A model generated the notes under the pieces. The model was not told the origin of the DNA and did no database searches. It saw only the letters and a list, made by a program, of their open reading frames with translations. This document shows positions 26,013-38,577 of a stretch of 64,000 nt of DNA, piece by piece. The position numbers and the translations under genes are program-made. The number at the start of each line of letters is the position of its first letter. Within the stretch, counting starts at the first letter, position 1. This DNA is from Octopus vulgaris (lineage: Eukaryota): positions 90,520,001-90,584,000 of the forward strand of contig OX597815.1 of NCBI GenBank assembly GCA_951406725.2. Direction: 5' to 3'.

Positions 26013-27390
26013 ATTCCTTAGCAGTTCCAGTTGTTACTTATAGCTACAATGTGTTGAACTGGAATATGAGTGAAGTAAAGAATATAGATAGAAAAATACG
26101 CAAGCTGCTGAGTTGTAATAGGATGCACCACCCAAAGGCAGACGTAGATCGCCTTTACCTTCCCAGAGCTCAAGGAGGTCGAGGCCTGATCCAATTTGAA
26201 CTAGCTTACAAAACAACCACAATTGGACTGGCCAAATATCTCGAAATATCGAATGACTGGATGCTAAAGCTCGTGGAAAATCACGAGAGACGAAAGAAGC
26301 TTCATTCTATCATAAAGGAAAGCAAAAAATTTGCTATTGATCTCGTGCAGGATACCCAAACTGAACAACCCGAGGGAAGTACGGCAACTATTGTTGCAAA
26401 GAAGGTAAAAATGATGGCAATGAAGAAAGCGCACGAGCAACTGGCTGATAGGTGGGAGGAGAAACCTCTGCACGGCAAATATGTGACCCGCAGCAAACAA
26501 GCTGATGTTGACCAGAAGCAAACCCATCAGTGGCTACGGAGCTCAGGGCTAAAAGCAGAGAGCGAAGGTTTCATCCTGGCTGCTCAAGATCAAAGCCTAT
26601 TAACCCGGAACTACCAGGCCAATGTGATGAAAAATGGAGCAGACCCAAAATGCCGATTCTGCAACGACATGATTGAAACAGTGGACCACCTAATCTCTGT
26701 ATGTAAAGTCTTAGCACCAGTGGAGTATAAATTAAGACATGACAGAGTTGGTCAATATCTACACTGGCTAATAAGTCGGCATTACAATATCAAAACTGCC
26801 GACAAGTGGTATAATCACCACCCTGAGGCTGTAACTGAAGGAGAAAATGTAACCATTCTGTGGGACTTTCCAGTACATACAGACCGAACCATCAAGGCCA
26901 ATAAACCAGATATTGTTGTGAAAGACCAAAACAATAAAGTTTGCTTATTGATCGACATGAGCATCCCCTGTGATCATAATATCTCAGCGAAAGAGTTTGA
27001 CAAGCTCAGAAAATATAAAGACCTACTCATTGAAATTGAGAAAATGTGGCATATCAAGGCGGTTACAATACCAGTGATCGTAGGAGCACTAGGAATGATC
27101 AAGAAGGGAACCGAAAATTATATGAGAATGATCCCTGGCTTACCATCCCTGCAAGAAGTGCAAAAGATTGTCTTAACTGGTACATCACACGTATTGAGAA
27201 GAGCAGTGTCGATGTGAGAACTGTTGCTGCTCATGTATTTTAATTTAACTTAAAAAAAAAAAAAAAATGAACGAACTACTGAGTTTGGTTTAATGGCCTA
27301 CCAATGTATACTATGAGTTTCTTTGCCCTAGGAGTCGGGAAGACACTCGGCAAGAAATGGAAGCAAATTTGAAAGAAGAAAAAAAAAAAG
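26013..27390 (+). mobile_element. R4/Dong non-LTR retrotransposon, 5'-truncated, in (TAA)n
   Basis: Flanked by TAA tracts 25781-25940 and 27391-27486; contains an RLE-type ORF end and 3' UTR. Confidence 0.9.
26018..27217 (+). CDS. Partial R4/Dong ORF: RT thumb, CCHC knuckle, restriction-like endonuclease
   Basis: Open frame from LAVPVVTYS; RLYLPRAQGGRGL, CRFC..ETVDHLISVC, RHD, KPD..ID...K..KY. No true start (truncated). Confidence 0.85.
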   Translation, partial: LAVPVVTYSYNVLNWNMSEVKNIDRKIRKLLSCNRMHHPKADVDRLYLPRAQGGRGLIQFELAYKTTTIGLAKYLEISNDWMLKLVENHERRKKLHSIIKESKKFAIDLVQDTQTEQPEGSTATIVAKKVKMMAMKKAHEQLADRWEEKPLHGKYVTRSKQADVDQKQTHQWLRSSGLKAESEGFILAAQDQSLLTRNYQANVMKNGADPKCRFCNDMIETVDHLISVCKVLAPVEYKLRHDRVGQYLHWLISRHYNIKTADKWYNHHPEAVTEGENVTILWDFPVHTDRTIKANKPDIVVKDQNNKVCLLIDMSIPCDHNISAKEFDKLRKYKDLLIEIEKMWHIKAVTIPVIVGALGMIKKGTENYMRMIPGLPSLQEVQKIVLTGTSHVLRRAVSM

Positions 27391-27395
27391 TAATG

Positions 27396-27477
<82 letters not shown>

Positions 27478-27485
27478 TAATAATA

Positions 27486-28337
27486 ATATGGCAACAAAAG
27501 AATGAATGAAACCTCGATATCATGTAAATAGAGGAATTTATCAATAAATATAATATGTGACAATTAGTTGGCTGTCATAATAAAACTCAAATTTTCGGAT
27601 GCGAGGCTGAAGTCTACTCCGGCATCTCATCAATTATTAAGACACTATGAAAAAACCGTTCAATAAAAGGAAATTACTCCAATATGCGTGGGGAAAAGTA
27701 AAACTCCGTTTCTCTTAAAGTTTCTTAGAGTATAGTTCCCTGGATGGTATAGGTAACTTTTTCCTAGAATAAACGATACTGTAGGCGTCCATATTAAATT
27801 CGTCTGCAGGCCAGAGTCCTCAATCGATTTAAGGTAATTTTTCAAAACAAGCTGTATAGGCTTCTAGAGAAAAAAGCTGCGGTATACGGGAGATAATCTA
27901 TTAATAATAAGAATATGACAGCAAAAGAATGAACGAGACCTCGATATTATGTAAATAGAGGAATTTATCTATAAATATGATATGTGACAACTAGTTGGTT
28001 GTCATAATAAAACTGACAGTTTTGAATGCCGGTGCTGAATTCTGCTCCGGCATCTCATCAGTTATTAAGACAAAACAAAAACGCTATTTAAAAAAAACCC
28101 GTTAAATAAAATGAAATTACTCCAATAGGCGTGAGGAAAGTAAAATTTCGTTTCCCCCAAATTTTCTTAGAATATAGTTCCCTGGGTGGTATAGCTATGT
28201 TTTACCAAGAATATTACTTATCCCATACCTATTGGAGTAATTTCCCTTTATTCAAAGGCTTTTGTTTTCATAGCGTTTTTGTTTGTGTCAATAACTGATG
28301 AGATACCGGAGCAGGCTTCAGCCACAGCATCCGAAAC
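27486..28337 (-). mobile_element. Tandem about 427-nt non-coding units plus an inverted partial copy, each with a hammerhead motif (retrozyme / PLE pLTR-like)
   Basis: 27486-27775 is repeated at 27913-28212 (period 427), and 28220-28337 is an inverted partial copy. Hammerhead motifs at 27574-27643(-), 28001-28071(-) and 28287-28337(+). Confidence 0.7.
28001..28071 (-). ncRNA. Type I hammerhead motif (G12 mutated in this copy)
   Basis: GUCuUAAUAA CUGAUGA GAUGCCGG agcagaauucagca CCGGCAUU c AAAA CUG u CAG UU UUAUUAuGAC. The two sister copies retain GAAA. Confidence 0.65.
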
Positions 28338-28341
28338 ATAT

Positions 28342-28380
<39 letters not shown>

Positions 28381-28384
<4 letters not shown>

Positions 28385-28678
28385 CTTGTAATATAGCCTC
28401 GGGCCGACCAAAGCATTGTGAGTGGATTTGGTAGACGGAAACTGAAAGAAACCCGTCGTCTATATGTTTATATATATATTTACGTGTGCGTATATGGTTG
28501 TGTGTCTGTGTGTTCGCTCCCAACATCGCTTGACAACCGATACTTTTGTCCCCGTAACATAGCGGTTCGACAAAAGAGACGGATAGAATAAGTACTAAAC
28601 TTACAAAGAATTTGCTCGGTTAAAAGCGGTGCTCCAGCATGGCCACATTAAAGTGAGTGAAACAAGTAAAAGAGTAAT
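28381..28678 (+). mobile_element. 5'-truncated tRNA-derived SINE, tandem with the next copy
   Basis: Direct similarity to 28765-29095. Confidence 0.85.
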
Positions 28679-28679
28679 A

Positions 28680-28841
28680 GGCGCAGGAGTGGCTGTGTGG
28701 TAAGTAGCTTGCTTACCAACCGCATGGTCCCGGGTTCAGTCCCACTGCCTGGCACCTTGTGCAAGTGTCTTCTACTATAGCCTCGGTCCGACCAAAGCCT
28801 TGTGAGTAGATTTGGTAGACGGAAACTGAAATAAGCCCGTC

Positions 28842-28882
<41 letters not shown>

Positions 28883-29100
28883 CGTGTGTGTTTGTGTGTC
28901 TGTGTTTGTCCCCCTAGTATTGCTTGACAACCGATGCTGGTGTGTTTATGTCCCCGTCACTTAGCGGTTCTGCAAAAAGCGACCGATAGAATAAGTACTG
29001 GGCTTACAAAGAATAAGTCCGGGGTCGAGTTGCTCGACTAAAAGTGGTGCTCCAGCATGGCCGCAGTCAAATGACTGAAACAAGTAAAAGAGTAAAAGAG
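28680..29100 (+). mobile_element. Full-length tRNA-derived SINE (resembles octopus OK-type SINE)
   Basis: A box TGGCTGTGTGG at 28690, B box GGTTCAGTCCC at 28733, internal TA/TG microsatellite, gtaaaagag tail. Confidence 0.85.
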
Positions 29101-29159
<59 letters not shown>

Positions 29160-29161
<2 letters not shown>

Positions 29162-30066
29162 TTGTAAAAAATGAAGTTCGAAAATGCTGCTGTATTATAC
29201 AATTTTTAATTTTTATATATACATTATAACATGTTTCAGTTCCTGAAATGAACCTTATCAACAAAAGTTATATATAAAAAAAGACAGCTCATGCCGTCAA
29301 ACACAAGAAATTCATTTATAATACACAACGGAGTCAGACATCTTAGAGTTCATGTATAGTTGATATATAGTTCATGTATAGTTGATATATAGTTTGAAGT
29401 ATATGTTCAAAGTGTTCGATGCAGTGGCCCACGGTGGCGATACGTATTCAATACAAAAACAGATCAAAGTGGTGGAAAGCGGTCAATACAGAAGATTGAT
29501 GTTTCCGAAAGAGCGAGGAATTCATTTTTACCTTAAGCAATTGTGATGACCCATGGTGGATGTTCGCTTGGTGGTTCTAGTGGGTTTTGTGAAGTGCTCG
29601 GTTTTATAATGCCTGTTAGGTGGTCAATCCAGCGTAGCGTGACGTCATCAACGTTTTGACCAATCGTTTCGTTAGGTGGCTTTAGTCAAGCAGAACGGGA
29701 CGTCATCATTATTTTGACCAATCGCTGCATTATAACTGCCTCTTGTTTGTTTCCTGTTTTGACCAGTCGCTTCGTTAGTCAAGCAGAACGGGACGTCATC
29801 CAGATTCTGCCCAATCATGACTTATAGCTACATTAGATCTGCCCCCTGTCTGTACTTGTTAGGTGACTAGTCAAGCAGAAAAGGACGTCATCAATATTCT
29901 GACTAATGACTGTCCCCTGTTTGTACCCTGTCCATTCTAGCAGAGCTAGACGTCATCAATTTGTTGACCAATCAGAATCGGGTCTGATCCTTAGCTGTAT
30001 CGTATGTATCAGGGTCAGATTTGCACGAAAGAATTTTTTTCCTTTTTTACTAAGGCATATGTCCGT
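29160..30066 (-). mobile_element. Non-coding repeat (PLE pLTR-like) with decayed hammerhead motif and repeated GACGTCA/CCAAT modules
   Basis: Bounded by microsatellites. Minus strand has TTGATAA ggttc..gaact GAAA catg T at 29223-29266; five gacgtcatc...(c)caat modules at 29640-29975. Confidence 0.45.
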
Positions 30067-31473
30067 CATATATATATGTATGTGTATATGCATATTAATA
30101 TATATGTATATACACACACACGTATATATGTATGTATGTTCGTATGTGTAGATATACATTTGCAAAGTTGATACACGTTTACAAATGCATTTTTTTTATA
30201 TAAAAATGAAACTAATGTAGTTTCAAACCTTTGGCATTGAACTGAAAGTACTTTGCAACGTACCAATTTTATATGTGTTACGATATAACATGATTTTCAT
30301 AATTATACAGAGCGCTCGGGCAAAATTTGAAAGCTTGCTTAAAAGGAAATGAAAACAAAAAATAAAGCAAACAAAGGAAACAAAGAAAAAAATTTCTCCA
30401 CAGAAGACAAAATATGGGTATGCTTGGAAACCATGATCTCTTCCTGAGCAGCAAAACTCTTTCGCCCTTGCTCTCTACCACACTATCTGTAGCTTCCTGT
30501 AAGAGCACCGCGTGTGAGACGATGACTGGATTCAAAATGCGGTCTTCTGAAATCGAGGGCAGAAAAGCCGAAGCAAGATGGAATCAAAAGAATATGATAC
30601 TTAATCATTCCGATGGACAAGGGAAAGGAGAGAATACAGCCAGAAATTCTACATTTCGACATGAGAAAATCAAAAGAGGGTTTCTGTCTTGAACCGTAGC
30701 GCAAACAGTAAATGTAGGTACACAAAGGACCGTTACTCAATGCAAATTAATGCTGGATATATACAGAAAAAAAAGTTGAAACATACCAGATGCAGCATGC
30801 AAGATCAGCATGTTGCAGCCTTCACATTGCATTGAGCAGCATTCATAATGTCGGCATTTTTATACCCGGCTCGAATACTCACGATACAGGTAACTGTTTT
30901 CCTATATGGGCTAATCCTTTCCCAATTACTACGTTAATCTTTATGCTCTCTAGTACAGTCGACTGGTCACTAATACTCCAAGCTGTTCCTGAAAGAAGAA
31001 GGCATAACATATTATCAAATTTAGTCCGAACACCGCATACTTAATTGCCAATATCTAAATTTTGAACAGAAATCTGAAATTTACAGTTGTATTGGTGTTA
31101 ATATCTCAATAGGCACAATGATTTGCTAAAATTGAGTGAGCATGCAGAAATCACAGGGTCTATTACTGCTGATTTCCTTATTTCTCTGTGTCCACAGTGC
31201 ATTACTTTACCGTTCACGCTTTCTGGATTTTTACAATATTAATACTATTACACTAAATGTGCTTTGCATGAGCGTTCCTGTCTCCGATATATATTGTACT
31301 CCAGTCTGATATAGATTTCATGATTCCAGAAAAATAAATCCTTAGACTAGGTTGATGGTTTGCATTATGTGCATATATTAGTTATAATTCCTTGTTGAAT
31401 GGATTATTATTCACGAGTTCATACTTTGTCCATCTATCGTCTTAATGGTTTCAAGCGTACCGTCTGAAACTCA

Positions 31474-32730
31474 CGAGGAGGTACACAAATGTAACAGGAA
31501 ACGTTCTCTTTGAGACACGCCCGCTAGAAGCCACTTGATACAGCACTCGGTCATCAGTTTGCTGATCGGCGGCATTTAGTGGGGTCGTATTGCAGCGTGG
31601 TGCATCTTTGTTTTGCGGTGCTTCACTATTCGTCAATTTCTGCGATAGCTGAAACGAAGGAACCGTGAGCTTCCGTGAAATTCTGTTTTCTACTAAGAAA
31701 AGAACAATGGCGGCCCAAACAGTTGCCATGCTTCAAATAGCTTATAATGACGCTGCCATGAACAAAACACAAGTTTACTTGGGGTTTTCACGCTTTAGGA
31801 ATGGTCACTTGTCGCTTAAAGAACAACTTCCTTCAGGATGACCGTTGACCTCCCAAACGATTGAAAGCATTATGAAAATACATAAACTTTCTTTGAAAGA
31901 CGATCACCAAGCAATTGACTAACTTGCTGATATGACTGATGTCATGGAGCTTCAGCCAACGAATTTGAGCGATGTATTACGAATGAAAAGAGTTGCAGCA
32001 AAGTTTGTGTCCCACTAGCTCACGGAAGATCAAAAGCAGTCGCAAAAGATCAAAAGAATGAGTGTCTGGAACTGAAAGAACAGTTGGAAATTGATCAGGA
32101 CCCCTTTCAAATGTCCTCACTGATGATCAAAAGTGGTGCTACAGCTACGACCGGGAAACGAAGCAGCAATCAAGTCAATGGAAGTATTTAATATCATCAC
32201 GCCCCCAAAAAGTGCGTCAAGCGAATTCCAATGTTAAGAAAATTCTGAAAAAGAAATTGTCCACACAGAATTTGTTCCGCCGGTTCAATTGAAGCATTTT
32301 CGAGACGCAGTAAGATGTAAACGCCACGACCTGTGGCAGAGTAGAGAGTGGTGGTTACATAAGGACAATGCCCCTGCACACACTACCTTGAGTATGAGAT
32401 AAGTTTCGCAAAAATGGCATGACCCCGCTCACCCACCCTCCCTATTCATCTGATCTTGCTCCTTGCAACATTTTTTGTTCACCCGAATGGAAAAAGTTCT
32501 TAGAGGAAAACGTTTTGCAAATGTTGAAAAGGTGAAGAAAAAATGACGGAGGCGTTAAAAGGCATCACTTCGCAAGACTTCCAGGACTACTTCAAACAGT
32601 GGAAAATGCATCTGGACTGATGTATTGCTTGAAATGGAGAATACTTTGCAACCGATAAAAGTGAAAACATGTAAAACTAAGCGAATAAAACAATATTTCA
32701 AAATTCCAGTTTCTTTGGGATACCCCCTCG
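31474..32730 (+). mobile_element. Degenerate full-length mariner transposon
   Basis: TIRs cgaggaggtacacaaatgtaacaggaa and ttccagtttctttgggataccccctcg|TA; about 1.26 kb. AAKFV, TDDQKWCYSYD, HKDNAPAH and HPPYSSDLAPC remnants. Confidence 0.85.
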
Positions 32731-35700
32731 TATGTGATGTATTTCCTGTGTTAGGTTTTCAACTGTTTTGTAATAGTATGCTGTTCTAACATTGACATTT
32801 TCAGCAAATATTATTTCAACAGTTCCTCCCAGAACTTTTGATATTATAATCTTTCAACTTAAATCGATTTAAATCATTCCTGATAACTTATTGCAGACAA
32901 CACTGTTCATTTCATATTAAGTTTATTATGTAAATATATCTTTTCACTTTTAATAGATTTAAGATATAGATTTCTCTGACGTGCTACGACCAAAACAAAT
33001 ACAAAAGCGTATAAATGTCATCATTTTAGTAGCGAATACATCTAGCAACGAAATACTCCATAAGATTTGGCAATAAAATTTTTCCCTTCAATACGAATAA
33101 AGTAGTAATATTTCGTATTTCTTATGTAAATGTTACGTTTTATTTGGAAAACCAGAAAACAATTACATTCTTCATTTCAGCTAAACCTTATAAACACTAT
33201 TTAGCGTCCTTATCAACAATACAGATAGCAGATTTAAATTACATGCACCCGTATATCCACATACATTTTTGTAAACACATACACACTAACACATGCAAAT
33301 AAATAAGCAGAGACCTATTGAGGGAGCCTACTTTGTTACAAAGAATGTAAATAGATAAAGATAATTACTTTAAAATATTTAGTTGGAAGCTCTACTGATT
33401 GTGCTAACTCGCCATATTTATAACTAGATAACATAGTCCCTGTTAAGAAATGGATCAGAATAATTTCCTAAACTCTTACCCAAAGACACTGAAACTATAC
33501 TAGGCAAACTCATTGAGTAATAAGATGTTGAACGGTTGTTCACATCTCCTACATTAACTTCCCTTTAACATTTTACATACAAATCCTGAACTTCACTCGT
33601 TGCAAATATTTCGCACTCATATTAAAATAACTTTCAACAATGATATATAACAGAAAATGTGGATAATATCAGCTTCAACAGATTTTTTTAGCGTTATGAT
33701 TTTGATTGAAGGCAGGAATGGATAAAAGAATAATTCTTGTTTTCCATTAAACAGTAGTTTCTTTGTTTCTAATTTTATTTTTGTTTTGATACTGATTTGA
33801 ATAATATTATACAAGGTCTTAGAGTAATGAAACAAATGTTTGAACAACTTTACCATTCTTTGTAATAGATTATGACATAGATCTTGATAATTCCGTTTTA
33901 ATCTGATTATTTCTATGTGCTTTTCTCTCCATCACCAAACACAAATCAATTTTTTAGCCGACATTCAATTGTTTAGATATTATTTTTATATATCAATACA
34001 GCTAACCTTATTACTGCCGGTCTGCTGACTGAAGTTTCTTCGTTTTACATATTGTCACCAGTGTTGTGCTGTGACCGTTGTCAACAGTCTTATCGCTCAA
34101 TTATTCAGCTGCCTTTGTTTTAGATAGATACTAATTACAGATAAAAATTACAGTTCGCATAATTCGGGGCAGAATATAATAGAACAGCGTTAATCTAGCT
34201 TAAATTGCTCCCAATACAAGTAATCCGGTGGCTATGTCGTGTAGAACTATATTTTTTCCGAAAACAAAATTAGAATTCTCTGCGATAACAAATGTTAAGT
34301 TTATAAAAGGTTATTCTTATTCAAGTTATAGGAACAAATATACATATTGCAGCTGTGGCTACAGAGAGTCTCAAATACTATAGAACATAGATTTGTTATA
34401 TTGTGTGGTATATTAATGGCCTTTGTGAATATCCAGAATCATTTGCTGCAAGGATGATAACTGAGGGCTCACTTGGTTGTATATCTTACTTGAGTTGAAA
34501 TAATTTTTACTATCAGAACAGTGAGCCAAAATTGGGAGTGGGGTATAATAAATAGATGATATTGATGAACTACTTAACTGGCCGTTTATTTTATCTACTC
34601 TAGAATGATAGCAGGCAAAGCTGGTCGCGGCGAGATTTAAACTCGTAACGCAAAGAGCCACAGCAATATAACGGGTGGCGTATCAAGTGTTTTACTGTCT
34701 GTGATAATCACGAAAGTTCACTAAATAATATAAAGCCGCCCATTGATTGAATACTCCAGCATTATGATGAGTAATGACGTTAATGGATAAGTGATTATAG
34801 TTCATAAATGTAATGATTGTAAGTAAATCCTGCTGAAAAATATTACAGGGTCGGTCATAGTTTATAGAAGGAAGGTTGTAATGGTATAAAAAGGAAAATA
34901 TTCACTATAAACAAGACCTAAAATATGCATAATGCTACTATATGAGCAGTGATTTAATGCTTGATTACGGAGTACATTTCCACTAAAAGAGAGCCTCAGT
35001 TTCAGTGGTATAATCTTCAGAGGTTACGATATCTATATTATAAAAACACAAAATCAAAATACCATAAGATTGTAAGAAATCCTTCTTAGTGATATACAGT
35101 CAGAAAGCCTGGTTGCCATTATGTAAGTTTAGAACAATGATTATCACATACAGAAATCTATTTAAACTGAACATACAGTGCTAGCAAATAGTAATTTTTC
35201 TATAATCAATAATTTTGTAAATTTGTTAGCTCTCATTTTAAGATATTAGTCAAGGAATTTATTCACTATTTGTTTTTGTTTAATTGACTGGCAGTTAATC
35301 CACAAAGTTTTATTTGTTACAATAATCCGCAGCAGCAAAAGACTTCCTTGAAAATATAGCAGTGATGAATTAATCTCTATAAGCCTGCAAGTCTCTATAT
35401 GGAATTACATGTCAATTCTATGTTGTTGATATTTTCTCTTTCACTGAATCTATATTTCTAGTGTATTTCCACATTTTCATTATTGAAATACAATTTACTA
35501 TGTAATTTGTCTTGGAGTTGTTTATATCTTTCTCTATTAGATAAATTATAATTAATTTCATTTGTCTGGGAATAGATAATTTTTATCTTTTTTTTTCTTA
35601 GTTTCTTTTATAAACAGCCTCCTCTGTATATTTTGTCTTTCATATTACCCCAGTTGTTGTGAAACAAAATATCTGAAATATACAACAGTCATTAACGTAG

Positions 35701-36666
35701 ATCAAAATTATAAGTATGAAAAATAAGATTCCGAATCAAAACATATATTACCATTGCTATAGCGTAACTTCTAGTAAGCATAACAATCTTATGATATTTA
35801 TAGAAATTTAATAGAAAACAAAGCACTTCTGTGTATGGGAAAAAATTAGACATTGAAGTAATACAGGAGCAAATACTTTCACCGATACTGACATAATTAG
35901 CAAAGGTTTTGCTGGTCACAAATGCAGTCATAGAGCTTTCTGATTAGACAGTGTAGGACATTCCTCTAATTTCCTACACATTGCGAATAGGGATGAATAA
36001 TTTATTAAAGGACTACATTCATTTGAAATAAACACAATAACCTTATAATATGAAAATGTCCAGAATAACACGTTCGACAGAGATTTATTGTGTGTTTTGT
36101 ACAGAGAGAGGAAATGATTGAATGGGTAAGGTATTCTGTTATTACATGACTTAAATATGATTTGTCTTGTTAGTAAACTGAATAATTTATTCTAAAGAGA
36201 CCATCATCACTATAGTGGACGTAAATGAAATTGTGCTCACAATTGAAACGAAACTTGAAATCAGAAGGAAAGCAACAATTACATTTCGTTAAATAATTGA
36301 ATAACATACGGAATAAAGAAGGTCTTATTTTACAATATAATGTGTTACATTTACAATACTACTGCTTTACCCTACATCACAGCATACAACACTTTATCAC
36401 CATTACTGCTCCGAATAATTATATAAATTAAATGAAATGCCTTGTGTTACAGGCCACAATTTGTCATTTTCTTCTTAAATATATATTTTAACGGAATGAA
36501 TCACCTACTACGATATGTTTTGCTACTACCCTCTGAAACCCCCAGTATTTTTACTCCCATGAAAATCGATAAGAGATCTGGAGTGAATGGAATAAATTTA
36601 AGAAAAGGAATGGATGAGATTATCCCAAGCATTCATTCACATTATTTATATGTATGTGTGCATTTT

Positions 36667-36700
36667 ATATCTTTTACCTACTTCAGTTATTGGGCTGTTG

Positions 36701-36738
<38 letters not shown>

Positions 36739-36788
36739 AGCCCAATATACGCAACCACACGCATATATATGCAGTCATGTGTATATAG

Positions 36789-36846
<58 letters not shown>

Positions 36847-38175
36847 TATTTAATGTACACACTATATAGTTATAAGCTACTAATAGTTTCATACGTTGGA
36901 GATGCTTTCTAGGCCGATTTTAATAATACGGGAAATGTTTCCAAGCAATCTCCGGGCCCTGAGCACATGGCCTATATATGTTACAAATGGGAACAACAGA
37001 ACAAAAAAGAATTAACGAGGAAAAAAGCTAGGGAAACGTGGATGCAAAACTTAGAAGTGTGAAAAAAACGGAAAAAGAAAGGCAAAAGAATTAAAACCAT
37101 AAGAGTAGTTGGTGTAAAATCAACAGAAGCCTGTGATACAGCTTCTGAATTCGATGAGGGCAGTGTTCTCCAATTCGCCAAAAGAAACTTGTCCATATGT
37201 TTGCATTTGTTTAAAAATTCTGATCTCGAATTGAGCAATGCAGTAGAATTCTTCGGTCTAAAGAGGACATGAACTGTTTCAGCAACGCATATCTTGCATT
37301 TTTAAGATCTTGTATTCTTCAAGCCTCATATGTGGCTAACCAACTTAGTGTCTTTAGTTTTGTCCATGAGCCGGAAAAGAGCTAAGTTAGTACAGCATCT
37401 TTTGAATTCAATGACATATAACGTGATGTAATCCTTTTCGATTAGGTTATGTGGCGTTACTGCTACTCTTTCATTATCTACGATGGATTTAATCATGCAC
37501 GCCTAATCACGTGGGTCAGCCCCTGAGTCTCGAGAGTTACAACTGGGATTGGGCTATTAGTGGTATTTACGAGTAATGATGCTCTTCATATTGGGGCGGC
37601 AGCTATACAACACTTCATTTAAGCGTCTGTTGTCTTTCTGTATTTGTCATTTTCTAGGAAATGTTTACCTAAGAGAGATAGGAATCTCTTACCTACGTCA
37701 CTTTTAACGTTTAGATCAGTTTCCTAGATCTATACTTAGGTCTATTTTTATGATTCATATTCTTACTAGAATGGTTGTAGTATATCTTATCTTTGAAACC
37801 AGTGTTAACAAGGGCATTGTTAGAAAAAGGATTTGATATCCAATTACTATTATATGTTATCAGCTTTTTGTACACTATAGGGGTAGGACTGTTTATACAT
37901 GTAAGAAAATTACTCGTTGGGCTTATAGTACGTTTCATCAGCGTGAGAGTTTAGTTCTAGGGAAACATCTAAAATATCGACTATTGACATATTAGTAGTA
38001 TACCACTGTGTACCATGCGTCACCTGTCGAAGTGATCGCAGAGCAATGTGAGATGAAATGCTTTGCTCAAGAACACAACGCACCACCCGGTTTAGGAACT
38101 CAAACCACGATCTTGCGATCGTGTGTCCAACTTCCTAGAAGCACTAGGCTATATATATATGCATGTACACACACG

Positions 38176-38219
<44 letters not shown>

Positions 38220-38254
38220 CATATATCTTTTACCTACTTCAGTTATTGGGCTGT

Positions 38255-38288
<34 letters not shown>

Positions 38289-38417
38289 AGCCCAATATAC
38301 GCAACCACACGCATATATATGCAGTCATGTATATATATATATATATGTATATATTATTTAATGTACACACTATATAGTTATAAGCTACTAATAGTTTCAT
38401 ACGTTGGAGATGCTTTA
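36667..38417 (-). mobile_element. Penelope-like element fragment flanked by pseudo-LTR direct repeats
   Basis: Direct repeats at 36667-36908 and 38225-38417. Coding remnants NALVNTGF...RSRKLI, VGKRFLSLLGKHF, C..CVAE and LNSRSEFLNKCKHMDKFLL (GIY-YIG C-terminus). A SINE fragment is inserted at about 38010-38150. Confidence 0.8.
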
Positions 38418-38532
38418 CACATATATATCTATGTTTATATATATGTGTGTATATATATATATTATATATACATATATATATGTATAATATATGTATACAC
38501 ATATATATATATGTGTATGTGTGTGTGCGTGC

Positions 38533-38577
<45 letters not shown>

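Noticed and set aside
29640-29975. CRISPR-like repeat-spacer appearance
   Set aside because: Irregular periods, spacers similar to each other, eukaryotic context, no cas genes.
30414-30692. 92-aa ORF as a possible host exon
   Set aside because: No recognisable domain or convincing splice context; alternative frames hint at a decayed LINE 3' end.
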